Virus record (IMG/VR): IMGVR_UViG_3300037183_000125
Span: 1 to 64,000 of that record
From: a virus
Taxonomy: Duplodnaviria > Caudoviricetes
Length of the DNA stretch: 64,000 bases
Direction: 5' to 3' (one strand)
The notes beneath the pieces are model-generated. The model saw nothing but the letters and a program-made list of their open reading frames with translations, searched no databases and had not been told where the DNA came from. This document shows, piece after piece, positions 45,385 to 54,451 of the stretch. The position numbers and the translations under genes are program-made. Each line of letters begins with the position of its first letter. The stretch's first letter is position 1.

Positions 45385-46050
45385 TTACCTCGTCCGTCCA
45401 CCGGGGATGGCGCTGACCAAGAGGGGGCGGGTATGGAGGACCAGGCGGTCTCCGGACCTGGTCATGGTCAAGCCAGGGACAAACCCCTGCTCTATCATCT
45501 TCCTGAGGCTTCGGATGGCCGAGGCGTCGTTCTTGTAATGGTGCTTCATCTTTCTGAGCGCCACGCGGAGCTCCACCCCGGGGTCCCGGACGACCTCGGC
45601 CACGAGGTTCCTGCAGGTCTCCTTGAACGGGGTCCAGCTCCGGCCGGTGCTGGAGCCGGCGGCCGCGAACGTCTTGTGCTCCGGCCGGCAGGCCTTCCCG
45701 AGGGCGCCCGTGGTCCTACGGTTGAAGAAGGGACGTCCGACGACGTTCACCATCCCTGCCTTCGACACGGTCATCCAGCCAATACCGAGGGCCGAGCAGA
45801 TCTTGGCGGCCAGGGCCCGGCAGTTCTTGCGGGGCGGGGTGGCAACCCAGGCGCAATGACAGTCCTTGATCCGGGAGACCGCCTGGTCCAGGACGTTGAA
45901 GGACAGGAGCGTCTTGCACTCGACCGTCCACACGACCCCGTGCCGGACGGCGACTATGTCGACCCCGGACACCTCCTGGTACACGTCCCAGCCCTCGGAC
46001 TCCAGCCAGGAGACGACATGGGCGGCCAGGGATGCCTCGGGGCTCTTCAC
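45385..46050 (-). CDS. PD-(D/E)xK nuclease-fold protein (DUF2161-like)
   Basis: WLESEGWDVYQEV..VDIVAV..TVECK..VLDQA..AWVATP. Confidence 0.7.
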   Translation of the reverse strand: MKSPEASLAAHVVSWLESEGWDVYQEVSGVDIVAVRHGVVWTVECKTLLSFNVLDQAVSRIKDCHCAWVATPPRKNCRALAAKICSALGIGWMTVSKAGMVNVVGRPFFNRRTTGALGKACRPEHKTFAAAGSSTGRSWTPFKETCRNLVAEVVRDPGVELRVALRKMKHHYKNDASAIRSLRKMIEQGFVPGLTMTRSGDRLVLHTRPLLVSAIPGGRTR

Positions 46051-46412
46051 TCCAGAACGGTACCGACGGACGTCAAGATCCGGCAGATCCGGCGCAGTCT
46101 GTCGCGAGACCGGGCGTGCGCCTCCCTCTCGCGCAGGAGCTCCGACCGGACCTCCTCCAACTCGCGCTCAAGAGCGAAGACCTTCGCCTCGGACTCCGTG
46201 TCGATCACGCGGAGTATGCAGCTCGACCGGGTCAGGCAAAGCTTCTCCAGGCTGACCATCTGGACCTCGGCAGGGCCTTTGCTATGGCCGAAGTACTGGA
46301 CGTCCTCACCGGGCTCCCACACTTGGGAGACCCGGACGGCCTTGAGGCGTCCGTCCGCCATCGTGACGACGGCGAACTGGCCCGCTCTGACGCCCGAGAC
46401 CGGCTCTCCCAT
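46047..46412 (-). CDS. Hypothetical protein with C-terminal coiled coil
   Basis: 121 aa; TAATCT 5 nt upstream. Confidence 0.6.
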   Translation of the reverse strand: MGEPVSGVRAGQFAVVTMADGRLKAVRVSQVWEPGEDVQYFGHSKGPAEVQMVSLEKLCLTRSSCILRVIDTESEAKVFALERELEEVRSELLREREAHARSRDRLRRICRILTSVGTVLE

Positions 46413-46425
46413 GCCCGAGATTACA

Positions 46426-46623
46426 TCACGATTCCATGACGAAGAGGGCGAGATGGTCCGGGTCCGGCTTCAGTCCCGCGTGCAGGGCGATGGAGGAGAC
46501 CGAGGCGCCGCAGACAGGACAGCGAAAGCCGCGGTCGATCAGGTCGAAGCGGCGGCTCTTGACCTTCGAGAGGCGGACCACCGGCGGATCGGCGATGTCG
46601 AAGAGCCAAGAGTTCACGGTCAC
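46426..46623 (-). CDS. Small CxxC..H..H zinc-binding protein
   Basis: CPVCG..LH..PDHLALFVMES. Confidence 0.65.
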   Translation of the reverse strand: MTVNSWLFDIADPPVVRLSKVKSRRFDLIDRGFRCPVCGASVSSIALHAGLKPDPDHLALFVMES

Positions 46624-46811
46624 GACTCCATGACGAAGAGAGCCAGGTGGTCAGCCCAAAGCGGGTCCAGGAAGGACTTTAGCATGACCATGTACTCTGC
46701 GTGCCCGGGTACGTTCATGACGCTCTTGCCGCACACCGGGCAGGTCGGGGACCTTCCCCCGTACACGTCGGTGAAGTGGGCCATCTTGGCGTCCTTCCTT
46801 GCGCTGAGCAC
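46620..46811 (-). CDS. Small CxxC..H..H protein, tandem paralog of 46426..46623
   Basis: CPVCG..GH..ADHLALFVMES; GTG 46811 has TACAGT 5 nt upstream (alternative ATG 46784). Confidence 0.65.
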   Translation of the reverse strand: MLSARKDAKMAHFTDVYGGRSPTCPVCGKSVMNVPGHAEYMVMLKSFLDPLWADHLALFVMES

Positions 46812-46816
46812 CGAGG

Positions 46817-46826
46817 ACTGTACGCT
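46817..46826. promoter_or_regulatory. Bidirectional -10 element ACTGTACGCT
   Basis: TACAGT (-) 5 nt before GTG 46811; TACGCT (+) 6 nt before GTG 46833. Confidence 0.6.
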
Positions 46827-46832
46827 GGACAG

Positions 46833-47096
46833 GTGGACGAGACGGTCAAGGACGTGGACGAGAAGGCCCTGAACGGGACCGTCCTGTACAAGGACGGCCC
46901 GATCTCGAGCATCACGACCAGGGTAGTCGAGGAGGAAGAGGGCCTGGCCCTGATCCGGGAGGTCATGGAGGAGCCGAGGGGCGTGATACCCGTGGTCATG
47001 ACGGTCGTCCTCAGGACGCCGTTGAGCATGATCCACATCAACCTGAAGTTCGGCGAGGACTCAGAAGCTGAGACGCCAGACCCAGCTCAAGGTTGA
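46833..47096 (+). CDS. Hypothetical protein (MDETVKDVDEKAL..)
   Basis: 3' part of track ORF 46701..47096; start placed by the -10 box. Confidence 0.55.
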   Translation: MDETVKDVDEKALNGTVLYKDGPISSITTRVVEEEEGLALIREVMEEPRGVIPVVMTVVLRTPLSMIHINLKFGEDSEAETPDPAQG

Positions 47097-47756
47097 CGTG
47101 GCCGGTTTATTGATGACTGGGAAGCTAATGTAATTCACCAGGCAATCTTTCCCGACGACGTCGACGGTCGGGTCGTAGATCCCGTTGGGCGGGAGGATCG
47201 GGTTCGTGACGGAAAGGTTGGTGTCGACGTCGCCGCCGAGGATGCCCATCTCGACCAGGGGCCCGACGGCCTCGGACTCGGAGAATGTGGTCGTGAAGTC
47301 GACGACGCGGGTTGGGATCCCTGACACGCCGCCGTCGCCGTCGATGAACTCGGAGACCTGCATCTGCTTTCGCGAGATCTCGTTGTAGAGGGAGCGCTGC
47401 GTGTCCGTCGCGATGGGCGGGTTCTGCAGGTCCCATCCGACGTCGCCGGTCCCGACCGCGAGCGCGTAGCAGCCGAAGCGCGGCTCTGACGTGTTCGGGA
47501 TCGGGGGGCTCTTCATAAGCCGGGCGACGAGGATGGAGGCATCCCGTGTGACGATGTTCATGCGATGGCCCTCGGATAGGACCTCCCCGGTGACGGAGTG
47601 ACGGAGGGTCCAGAACACCTCGCCCTTGTAGGGATGCACGGCGTCCGCCGACTTGAAGCTGAGTCCGCCCTTCAGGGTCACGGATCCGCTGTTGCGGTCG
47701 GAGACCTTGGGGAACTTCTCTCGGCCGTTCGAACGACGGCGGGTCCTGCTGATCAT
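47061..47756 (-). CDS. Tail-fibre/baseplate attachment-like protein
   Basis: NIVT..LVARL..LAVGTG..TQRSLYNEISRK..FTTTFSESEAVGPLVEMGI, a pattern seen in phage tail-collar-type proteins. Confidence 0.65.
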   Translation of the reverse strand: MISRTRRRSNGREKFPKVSDRNSGSVTLKGGLSFKSADAVHPYKGEVFWTLRHSVTGEVLSEGHRMNIVTRDASILVARLMKSPPIPNTSEPRFGCYALAVGTGDVGWDLQNPPIATDTQRSLYNEISRKQMQVSEFIDGDGGVSGIPTRVVDFTTTFSESEAVGPLVEMGILGGDVDTNLSVTNPILPPNGIYDPTVDVVGKDCLVNYISFPVINKPATSTLSWVWRLSF

Positions 47757-47767
47757 TATTGGCTCCT

Positions 47768-48238
47768 TCAGGGAATCTTGATGACGGTTGTCGGTCCGGG
47801 TGGCGTGGTCTGGACCAGGGTCGCGACCGCCGTATATTCGATCGGCTGCGTTCTATAAAGAGTGGCGTTCGTCCTAGAGAGGTTTGAGGCCCCGAAGCCG
47901 GGTCCTCCCCCGAACCTGAAGAGGCGGCTGGAGCGCTCCTGAGGACGAAAATACCGGTCGGTAGCCAGTGCGGCGACCTCGACCGACACGAAGTCGACGG
48001 AGTTAGCCGAGCTCGGGTCCAACAGGGACGCCGAGAAGAATATGAGCCCGCTCGCGCCGGAGAGCGGCCCGGACGACGGCTCGCCGGTGAACTTTGCTAT
48101 GGGAGAGCGGCCGAACAGTAGACCGTCGGGGACAGGGTATATCCCCGTTGAAAAAGGGCTCGCGCCAGACATGGGGGCCGGGTCGGACGAACCCCATGGG
48201 CCGAACCCCCATCTTGATATGCCATATCCGCCCGGCAT
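47768..48238 (-). CDS. Putative structural protein
   Basis: GYGISRWGFGPWG N-terminus; within the structural operon. Confidence 0.55.
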   Translation of the reverse strand: MPGGYGISRWGFGPWGSSDPAPMSGASPFSTGIYPVPDGLLFGRSPIAKFTGEPSSGPLSGASGLIFFSASLLDPSSANSVDFVSVEVAALATDRYFRPQERSSRLFRFGGGPGFGASNLSRTNATLYRTQPIEYTAVATLVQTTPPGPTTVIKIP

Positions 48239-48244
48239 GATGAT

Positions 48245-48742
48245 CTATGGGCCGATCCAGGAGTCGAGGATAGTCAGTTCAACCAGAGGGCCGCCGAACG
48301 GAAGTGGTCCTGTATATGATAGGAGGGAGACGACAGAGGAGGTCCAGTATACAAAGCGGGTCGGATCGTTCAACGGGCCGGATGCGTCACGAGCCCGAAG
48401 TCTGTTCAGCTTGGTGCCGGAGCCTGTACTGAGTGGAAGAGGGATGGAGACCGAGTTCAAGGAAACTATATCATGTTCGACGTTACCGAACGGGGAGGAC
48501 TGATAATACCCGAAGCCAGAAGGCTGAGGGCCGGTCGTTCCGACAACGACATTGCGGTCGTGAAGCTTTATCAGGGACGAAACATCATGAACAACCCCGA
48601 AGGACTGGTTTGAATAAGCCTGAGACCCGGTCGGCCAGGGGGAGCCGGACGGGGAGCCGGACGGGGAGCCGCCAATGAAGGTTATGAGATTTTCGGAACC
48701 TCCTCTTCTGATGGAGGTCGTGTCGAAGGAGGGGCTTGCCAT
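48245..48742 (-). CDS. Putative structural protein
   Basis: 165 aa; GSPS x3 (12-bp repeat). Confidence 0.55.
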   Translation of the reverse strand: MASPSFDTTSIRRGGSENLITFIGGSPSGSPSGSPWPTGSQAYSNQSFGVVHDVSSLIKLHDRNVVVGTTGPQPSGFGYYQSSPFGNVEHDIVSLNSVSIPLPLSTGSGTKLNRLRARDASGPLNDPTRFVYWTSSVVSLLSYTGPLPFGGPLVELTILDSWIGP

Positions 48743-48753
48743 GGGTTAGACTA

Positions 48754-50736
48754 TCAGGAGTTTTGCGGTATGTTCGTCCCATCCCACGGGCCCATGGCGA
48801 CAGACCCACTAACGGAGGAGGAGAGCTGAACCCATCTCTTTCCATCATATGTATCGTTCCCAGAGCCACCCTGCGTCACATTCATCCACCTGCATGTGCC
48901 CTTTCTCATTCTCTGGTTTACCTGTGTTGAGACGACCCAGACCGGCTCCCGGACGACAGTCGTGACGAGAGCACAGGCTACCCTGTCAGATGTGGCAGGA
49001 GTCAATCCGATGATGGAGTTCCCGTTCCATGCTCCGAGAACAGCTCCTTGGAACTCCTGAAACGAGTCCCCGACAGAAAACCCCCTTCTTCTCCACCCCC
49101 TCCATGAGGAGGCGCCGGACGAGGCCCAGGAAACGCTCGCACTGAACATATCCCCAAAAGTTGTACTGACAACTGTTGTAGTGTTGACAGTTCTTGTTCC
49201 AGTATAAAAAGTTGTTGTCGGGATTCCATATACGTAAGGCCAGACATCTCCCTCTTCGCAGTCATCGAGCCTTTGACATACGATCCCAATATAGGCAGTA
49301 AGGCTTCCACCAGATCCGGCCGGGTTCCCTACGGCCAGCGTCCAACTACCGTCGGACGACACTCCGGAGGCCTCTATGGCGTTCGCCACCATAGCCTGAA
49401 TCTTTCCGAAGCCAGTAGTGATTGTTGCGTTGGCTATCAAGCTAGTGGACCCGGTCCCTGCTGCACCGGATCCACCGGTCCCGACAAGAACCATGGTCCC
49501 GACAGTCGGGAACCCGTTCGTTGTGACGACTCCGCCCGTAGCACCACCTGGGCAGACCGTTGCCGTGCATGTTCCAAGAGCGGCCTGGACGGAAAAACGG
49601 GATGTGCTCTCCCCAACAGAGTCAACGCACTGAGCGTAGACATGACCATTCAGGGCCGTATTCTTCCAGAAGACGAGCTCCTGGACGAACTCCACGGCCG
49701 TACCGGAAGAAAGGGGAGTGAAGACGGTCCCCGATACGCCGCCCGTTATGTTATCGGTAGCTCCGCCGGAGATGTTCCACCCCCGTGGGGCGGAACCAGT
49801 CCCGTTCACCCTAGGGGCTATGACTATATAACCAAGACCGCCAACGGAGTCTGGACAGCTTCCAATGAGCTCCCCCTGAGCCCCCGTGCTGGACTGGGTA
49901 AGGTTCTCCCCCCGGACATAGCCGGTCGGAACGGCAGTTCCGACCGGTATCCTAATAGTTGACGGTCCCTGAATACTGAGCCAGGCTCCTGTCCCGGAAG
50001 CACCTTGTATGGTTGTCGGGAAGGACTGGGAGGTCGGGGACATCTCGGTCCACGATATGCTCCCGTTGTTGGCGTCGGACACAGCCGATGCGTTCTCTAT
50101 GACGACTGACGTCGCGGACAAGACCTGGACTATGACGAACGTGCCGTTGTTGGCGCCGGTCGTAGCGTTCGTTATGGTGAGACGATCCCCGACAGAACCC
50201 CTCGACGTGGAGGTTTGAACGGACATGCCAGTGAGGCCTGTTATCGTGGACCTTCCGGCGGAGGCAGCCCCGATGGAGGCGGCCTGACCTCCCTGCTGCT
50301 CAGACCATGATATGCTGCCGTTGTTCGCGTCGGACGCGGCAGCCGGATTATATATTCCAACCTGAGTAGCAGATGACCTCGAGACGATTCTCCAGGTCCC
50401 ATTGTTCGCGGAGGTAGCCGCACCGGATATTGTAAGATAGTGACCAACAGAAGTCGCCAGCATGCCGGTTAAGCCGGTTATCTGTGAAACCCCGTTAGAG
50501 GGAGCACCTATCGACGCGGCCGAACCGGTCTGACCGGAGACGGTCGAGTTGTTAACAAGACCGCCGGTGGCCCAACGGTCGTTCGTCATGTCCCCGGTCG
50601 TGTCCTTCGCCAGGGCGTCGGAGGAGGACTTATACTTATATCCGGCGGCCAAGAGCGCGCGGGATAGAGTCCATACGGCGCTAAAAAGGTCGCTGGTTGA
50701 GAATGTTGAGGTGTTCAGAATTGTTGCGTTGGCCAT
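48754..50736 (-). CDS. Tail fibre/appendage protein (paralog A)
   Basis: 660 aa, S/G/T-rich; two ITGLTGM..LTI..NNGT..IV repeats. Confidence 0.65.
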   Translation of the reverse strand: MANATILNTSTFSTSDLFSAVWTLSRALLAAGYKYKSSSDALAKDTTGDMTNDRWATGGLVNNSTVSGQTGSAASIGAPSNGVSQITGLTGMLATSVGHYLTISGAATSANNGTWRIVSRSSATQVGIYNPAAASDANNGSISWSEQQGGQAASIGAASAGRSTITGLTGMSVQTSTSRGSVGDRLTITNATTGANNGTFVIVQVLSATSVVIENASAVSDANNGSISWTEMSPTSQSFPTTIQGASGTGAWLSIQGPSTIRIPVGTAVPTGYVRGENLTQSSTGAQGELIGSCPDSVGGLGYIVIAPRVNGTGSAPRGWNISGGATDNITGGVSGTVFTPLSSGTAVEFVQELVFWKNTALNGHVYAQCVDSVGESTSRFSVQAALGTCTATVCPGGATGGVVTTNGFPTVGTMVLVGTGGSGAAGTGSTSLIANATITTGFGKIQAMVANAIEASGVSSDGSWTLAVGNPAGSGGSLTAYIGIVCQRLDDCEEGDVWPYVYGIPTTTFYTGTRTVNTTTVVSTTFGDMFSASVSWASSGASSWRGWRRRGFSVGDSFQEFQGAVLGAWNGNSIIGLTPATSDRVACALVTTVVREPVWVVSTQVNQRMRKGTCRWMNVTQGGSGNDTYDGKRWVQLSSSVSGSVAMGPWDGTNIPQNS

Positions 50737-50742
50737 GGTATC

Positions 50743-52539
50743 CTATGAATTATACGGGGCTGTCGACCCGTCCCATGGGCCCACCGCCACGGGACCACCA
50801 GAGGCTGAGTTGTCGCCGCTTAACTGCACGTACGTCTTGTTGACACAAAGATTGTTCCCTGAACCACCGATAGAGGCGAAGCCCCACCTCATGGTTCCCT
50901 TCCTCATCTTCTGTCCAACCTGGGTTGAAACGACCCAGATCGGTTCCCGGACGACAGGACCCCCGTTCTGGGTCGAAAACGTACAGGCTATCCTGTCTTG
51001 AGAACCTAGAAAGCTATTTCCTACTATACTGCTCCCGTTCCAGGACTCGAGGATGGCCCCCTGAAACTGCTGCCACGCATCACCAGACGCAAAACCACGT
51101 CTTCTCCACCCCCTGAAAACGGTTATTGATGTTGAGGCGATGAAAGACCCGAGTCGGAAAAAATCAGCAGCGGTAGAAGTTGAACTCGTATATAGGTTCG
51201 CAGCTGTTCTCGTGGTCCCAGAATAGTTGTCTGACGAAGCGACTTCTGACATCCAGACGAACGGGAAAACGTCGCCGTCCTCCTGATCATCACATCTCAT
51301 CCAACCGAATCCGTCATACGTTTGCGCGGTCCCATTGGTGGCAGTACCCTCAGCAAGGGCGAAAGAACCGTCCCCGGAAAGACTGGAGGCCTCCAGAGCG
51401 TTCGCGACCATTATATGACACATTGTGAGTGTCGATGTTAAAGAATTTCCGCGCCAGTCAGTGAAGCCGGTCCCGACGGCGCCAGGGCCGCCCTGGCCGA
51501 CGGTAACGAACGTCCCTGTTGTCGGGAACCCATTCGTTGTTGGGGAGCCGCCAGAGGCACCGCCGGGACAGATGGTCGCAGTGCATGTCCCAAGGGAGGC
51601 CATGACGGAGAAACGCCCGTTCGTGGATGAAACGGAGCTCTCGTTAACAAGGTCTATGCACTGGACGTAGACGTGACCCTTCAGGGAATTCGCTGACTTC
51701 CATATGACGATCTCTTGTCCGAACTCGAGTGTCGCTCCGGTAGGCGTTACGGACGCCCCGGACCCGGAGGGTGGCGAGGCAGCCCTTATCGTGTCAGTGT
51801 TGCTCCATCCTCTTTGTCCGGATCCGGAGCCGGAGTTCCTCGGAGCGACGACGATGAACCCGGCGGCCCCTCCGGAGAAGTCCATTATGACACCGAGTAT
51901 CTCACCGGTGGCCCCGGTGTTGTCTTGCGTGACCTCCTCCCCGCGAAGAAAATTACTGGTCGTGGTATTACCCCCGATCGGTATTTTCAGCATCGAAGGA
52001 CCCTGGGCGTTCCACCATGCCCCGGGGCCGGAGGACACGGATATCGAGGCCGGATAGGTGTCGAGAAGGGAGTCCAACTCCGTCCAAGTGGCGGTCCCTG
52101 GCGTCGTCTCTGAAACCGCCGAGGGGTTCACGACGTCGACAGACGTAGAAGAGTTCACCTTCACAATCTGCCACGTCCCGTTGTTTCCGGAGTTCGTGGC
52201 ACCGGTTATTTTCAAAAACCTTCCTATGGAGCCGGACAGAGACAGTCCTCCGGAGGAGGAAAAACCTGTAAGCCCGGATATCGTGGACCTGCCCATCTCC
52301 TTCGCGGAAGTGGGGGCACCGATAGTAAAAGATACGGTGGCCGTTTGGGAGCCGACCTGAACACCGGGGCCCCATTTGTCGTTGTTCGGGTTGAAGGTGC
52401 CGCTCTCCTTTGTCGTGCCGTCTGAGCTGGCCATATACCGCCACCCGGCGGCCTTCATCGCCCTGGTCAGCTTCCAAATGCCGTTGAACGCGTCGCCCGA
52501 CGCCGAGTACTGAAAATTCGGGACAGTAATTTTTGGCAT
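50743..52539 (-). CDS. Tail fibre/appendage protein (paralog B)
   Basis: 598 aa, colinear with paralog A (LGTCTAT.CPGGA, RGWRRRGF, VREP.WVVSTQV..MRKGT, GPWDG). Confidence 0.65.
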   Translation of the reverse strand: MPKITVPNFQYSASGDAFNGIWKLTRAMKAAGWRYMASSDGTTKESGTFNPNNDKWGPGVQVGSQTATVSFTIGAPTSAKEMGRSTISGLTGFSSSGGLSLSGSIGRFLKITGATNSGNNGTWQIVKVNSSTSVDVVNPSAVSETTPGTATWTELDSLLDTYPASISVSSGPGAWWNAQGPSMLKIPIGGNTTTSNFLRGEEVTQDNTGATGEILGVIMDFSGGAAGFIVVAPRNSGSGSGQRGWSNTDTIRAASPPSGSGASVTPTGATLEFGQEIVIWKSANSLKGHVYVQCIDLVNESSVSSTNGRFSVMASLGTCTATICPGGASGGSPTTNGFPTTGTFVTVGQGGPGAVGTGFTDWRGNSLTSTLTMCHIMVANALEASSLSGDGSFALAEGTATNGTAQTYDGFGWMRCDDQEDGDVFPFVWMSEVASSDNYSGTTRTAANLYTSSTSTAADFFRLGSFIASTSITVFRGWRRRGFASGDAWQQFQGAILESWNGSSIVGNSFLGSQDRIACTFSTQNGGPVVREPIWVVSTQVGQKMRKGTMRWGFASIGGSGNNLCVNKTYVQLSGDNSASGGPVAVGPWDGSTAPYNS

Positions 52540-52546
52540 GTGCGGC

Positions 52547-54421
52547 TCAGGAGTATGTTATGAGAAGACGGGCGCTCGTGCAGGCAACCTGATCGCTACC
52601 GCTCCCGCCAGTCATCCATAGTTGAAGTTCATACTGCTTCACGGAATCACTTCTTATGTTACCGGCTGAAGAGCCGACCGTCAGGTCAGAGCTCGTGAAA
52701 GTCGTTGCCGCCTGGCTCGTAGTAGTCGTCGAGGTCCCGGTTATGTCGGCAGAATCGGTTATGTCAACAAGCTTGACGTTAGCAGTACCGGCTCCCTGAC
52801 TCTCGAATGTGACCGCAAACCTAATGTGCCTGTTCAGGCCGGCGGCCGTCGCCGGATAATTTGACACATCTATGTCCCTAGCCCCTATCCTGAGCGGCGA
52901 ACTAGTGGAGGTAGTTATGACGCTAGAGCTTAGAGGAAGCTCTATTGCTGGAGGAGAAAAACCGGCAGGACCAGTTTGTCCTTGGACGCCGGTGGCACCA
53001 CGGGGACCGGTGAAGGCGGGACCGGTCTGACCCTGAGGCCCGGTCGTACCGACCGGGCCGGTGAGACCCTGGATTCCGGTGGCTCCCTGGATTCCGGTGG
53101 CTCCCTGCGGGCCGGTGGCTCCCTGCGGGCCGGTCGGGCCTGTCGGGCCCGTAGAACCGGTCACGCCCTGGATTCCGGTGGCGCCCTGGGGGCCCGTGGC
53201 GCCCTGGGGGCCCGTCGGGCCCGTAGAACCGGTCACACCCTGGACCCCGGTGGCCCCCTGGGGTCCGGTGGCCCCCTGTTGCCCCGTAGGGCCGGTAGCG
53301 CCGGTGACACCCTGGACGCCCGTGGCGCCCTGGGGGCCCGTGGCGCCCTGGGGGCCCGTGGAGCCGGTCGGGCCCGTAGACCCGGTCACGCCCTGGACGC
53401 CGGTCGGACCCTGAGGGCCGGTCGCGCCCTGCGGGCCAGTGGAACCCGTGGGGCCCGTAGCACCGGTTACGCCCTGCACACCCTGAGGGCCGGTCGAACC
53501 CTGAGGGCCGGTCGAACCCTGAGGGCCGACAGGTCCAGTGAATCCCGTTATCCCAGGGGAACCCTGAGGGCCGCCGAAAGGGCCGGTCGGGCCTGGCGAC
53601 CCCTGAATACCGGCCCCGGTCGGACCTTGTGGACCGGTAGGTCCTTGCTGTCCAATAAGACCCGTCTGGCCCTGCAGGCCAGGAGAACCTTGTTGGCCTT
53701 GAGGACCAGTCTGACCTCTGGGGCCGGTCGGGCCGGTCGGGCCGGTCGGGCCGGTAGGACCCTGTGGGCCCGTAGGCCCCGTTTGACCAACGGGACCGGT
53801 TGCCCCTGTCGGCCCAGTGGGACCTTGAACACCAGCTCCTGTAGGGCCTGCTGGCCCCGTCGGGCCCGTGGAGCCCATTTGGCCTGCAGGTCCAGTAATC
53901 CCACTACCGGTCGGAAGTCCGTCAACAGTCCTTATCAGGAAGTCGAGAAGTCCGCCAGTCGGCGAATTCCCGGCCCACCCGGCCTCTGACCCGCCAAAAT
54001 TCATCTCATTCGGCTTGGCGAGAGGGTCACCACTGCTCAAGGGAGGGAGCGGGTAAGGAAAACCTTGGACCGGAGGCACAATCATCCCGCGGACGGCCTC
54101 CGGGATCGAGAAGACGCGGATGTCGACGTCCGGCGTCCCGACACGGTTCGCGGCGGCCCACGTCTTCATGACGAATCGGAAAGAGCCGCGGACGTCGGGT
54201 GTGAAGCTGGCGGAGGGCGTGGAGCCGGAGTCCGAGAAGGCGAAGGGGACCGACACGGGCGTCGAGCTCCCGAACGGGACGGACACCAGGTCTATTTGCC
54301 AAGACTGGACGCCCGTATTACTGCTATTTTGGATGGTGACAAGGCCACCCAGGGCTCCGATAAGGGCCTGTCCGTCGCCGACAAGAGAACCTTGAGTGAA
54401 CTTTATGAGCGACGTAGTCAT
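52547..54421 (-). CDS. Collagen-like tail fibre protein
   Basis: About 100 uninterrupted Gly-X-Y triplets ([12 protein letters not shown]) between globular domains. Confidence 0.88.
   Translation of the reverse strand: MTTSLIKFTQGSLVGDGQALIGALGGLVTIQNSSNTGVQSWQIDLVSVPFGSSTPVSVPFAFSDSGSTPSASFTPDVRGSFRFVMKTWAAANRVGTPDVDIRVFSIPEAVRGMIVPPVQGFPYPLPPLSSGDPLAKPNEMNFGGSEAGWAGNSPTGGLLDFLIRTVDGLPTGSGITGPAGQMGSTGPTGPAGPTGAGVQGPTGPTGATGPVGQTGPTGPQGPTGPTGPTGPTGPRGQTGPQGQQGSPGLQGQTGLIGQQGPTGPQGPTGAGIQGSPGPTGPFGGPQGSPGITGFTGPVGPQGSTGPQGSTGPQGVQGVTGATGPTGSTGPQGATGPQGPTGVQGVTGSTGPTGSTGPQGATGPQGATGVQGVTGATGPTGQQGATGPQGATGVQGVTGSTGPTGPQGATGPQGATGIQGVTGSTGPTGPTGPQGATGPQGATGIQGATGIQGLTGPVGTTGPQGQTGPAFTGPRGATGVQGQTGPAGFSPPAIELPLSSSVITTSTSSPLRIGARDIDVSNYPATAAGLNRHIRFAVTFESQGAGTANVKLVDITDSADITGTSTTTTSQAATTFTSSDLTVGSSAGNIRSDSVKQYELQLWMTGGSGSDQVACTSARLLITYS
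52955..53910. repeat. Collagen Gly-X-Y coding repeat
   Basis: 9-bp periodicity with higher-order units such as [18 protein letters not shown]. Confidence 0.9.
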
Positions 54422-54451
54422 GACAGAATAATCAAGAGAACAAAAATCAAA

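Noticed and set aside
48754-52539. Diversity-generating retroelement TR/VR pair in the paralogous fibres
   Set aside because: Similarity is protein-level along the full length, not a near-identical adenine-specific repeat, and there is no reverse transcriptase in the window.
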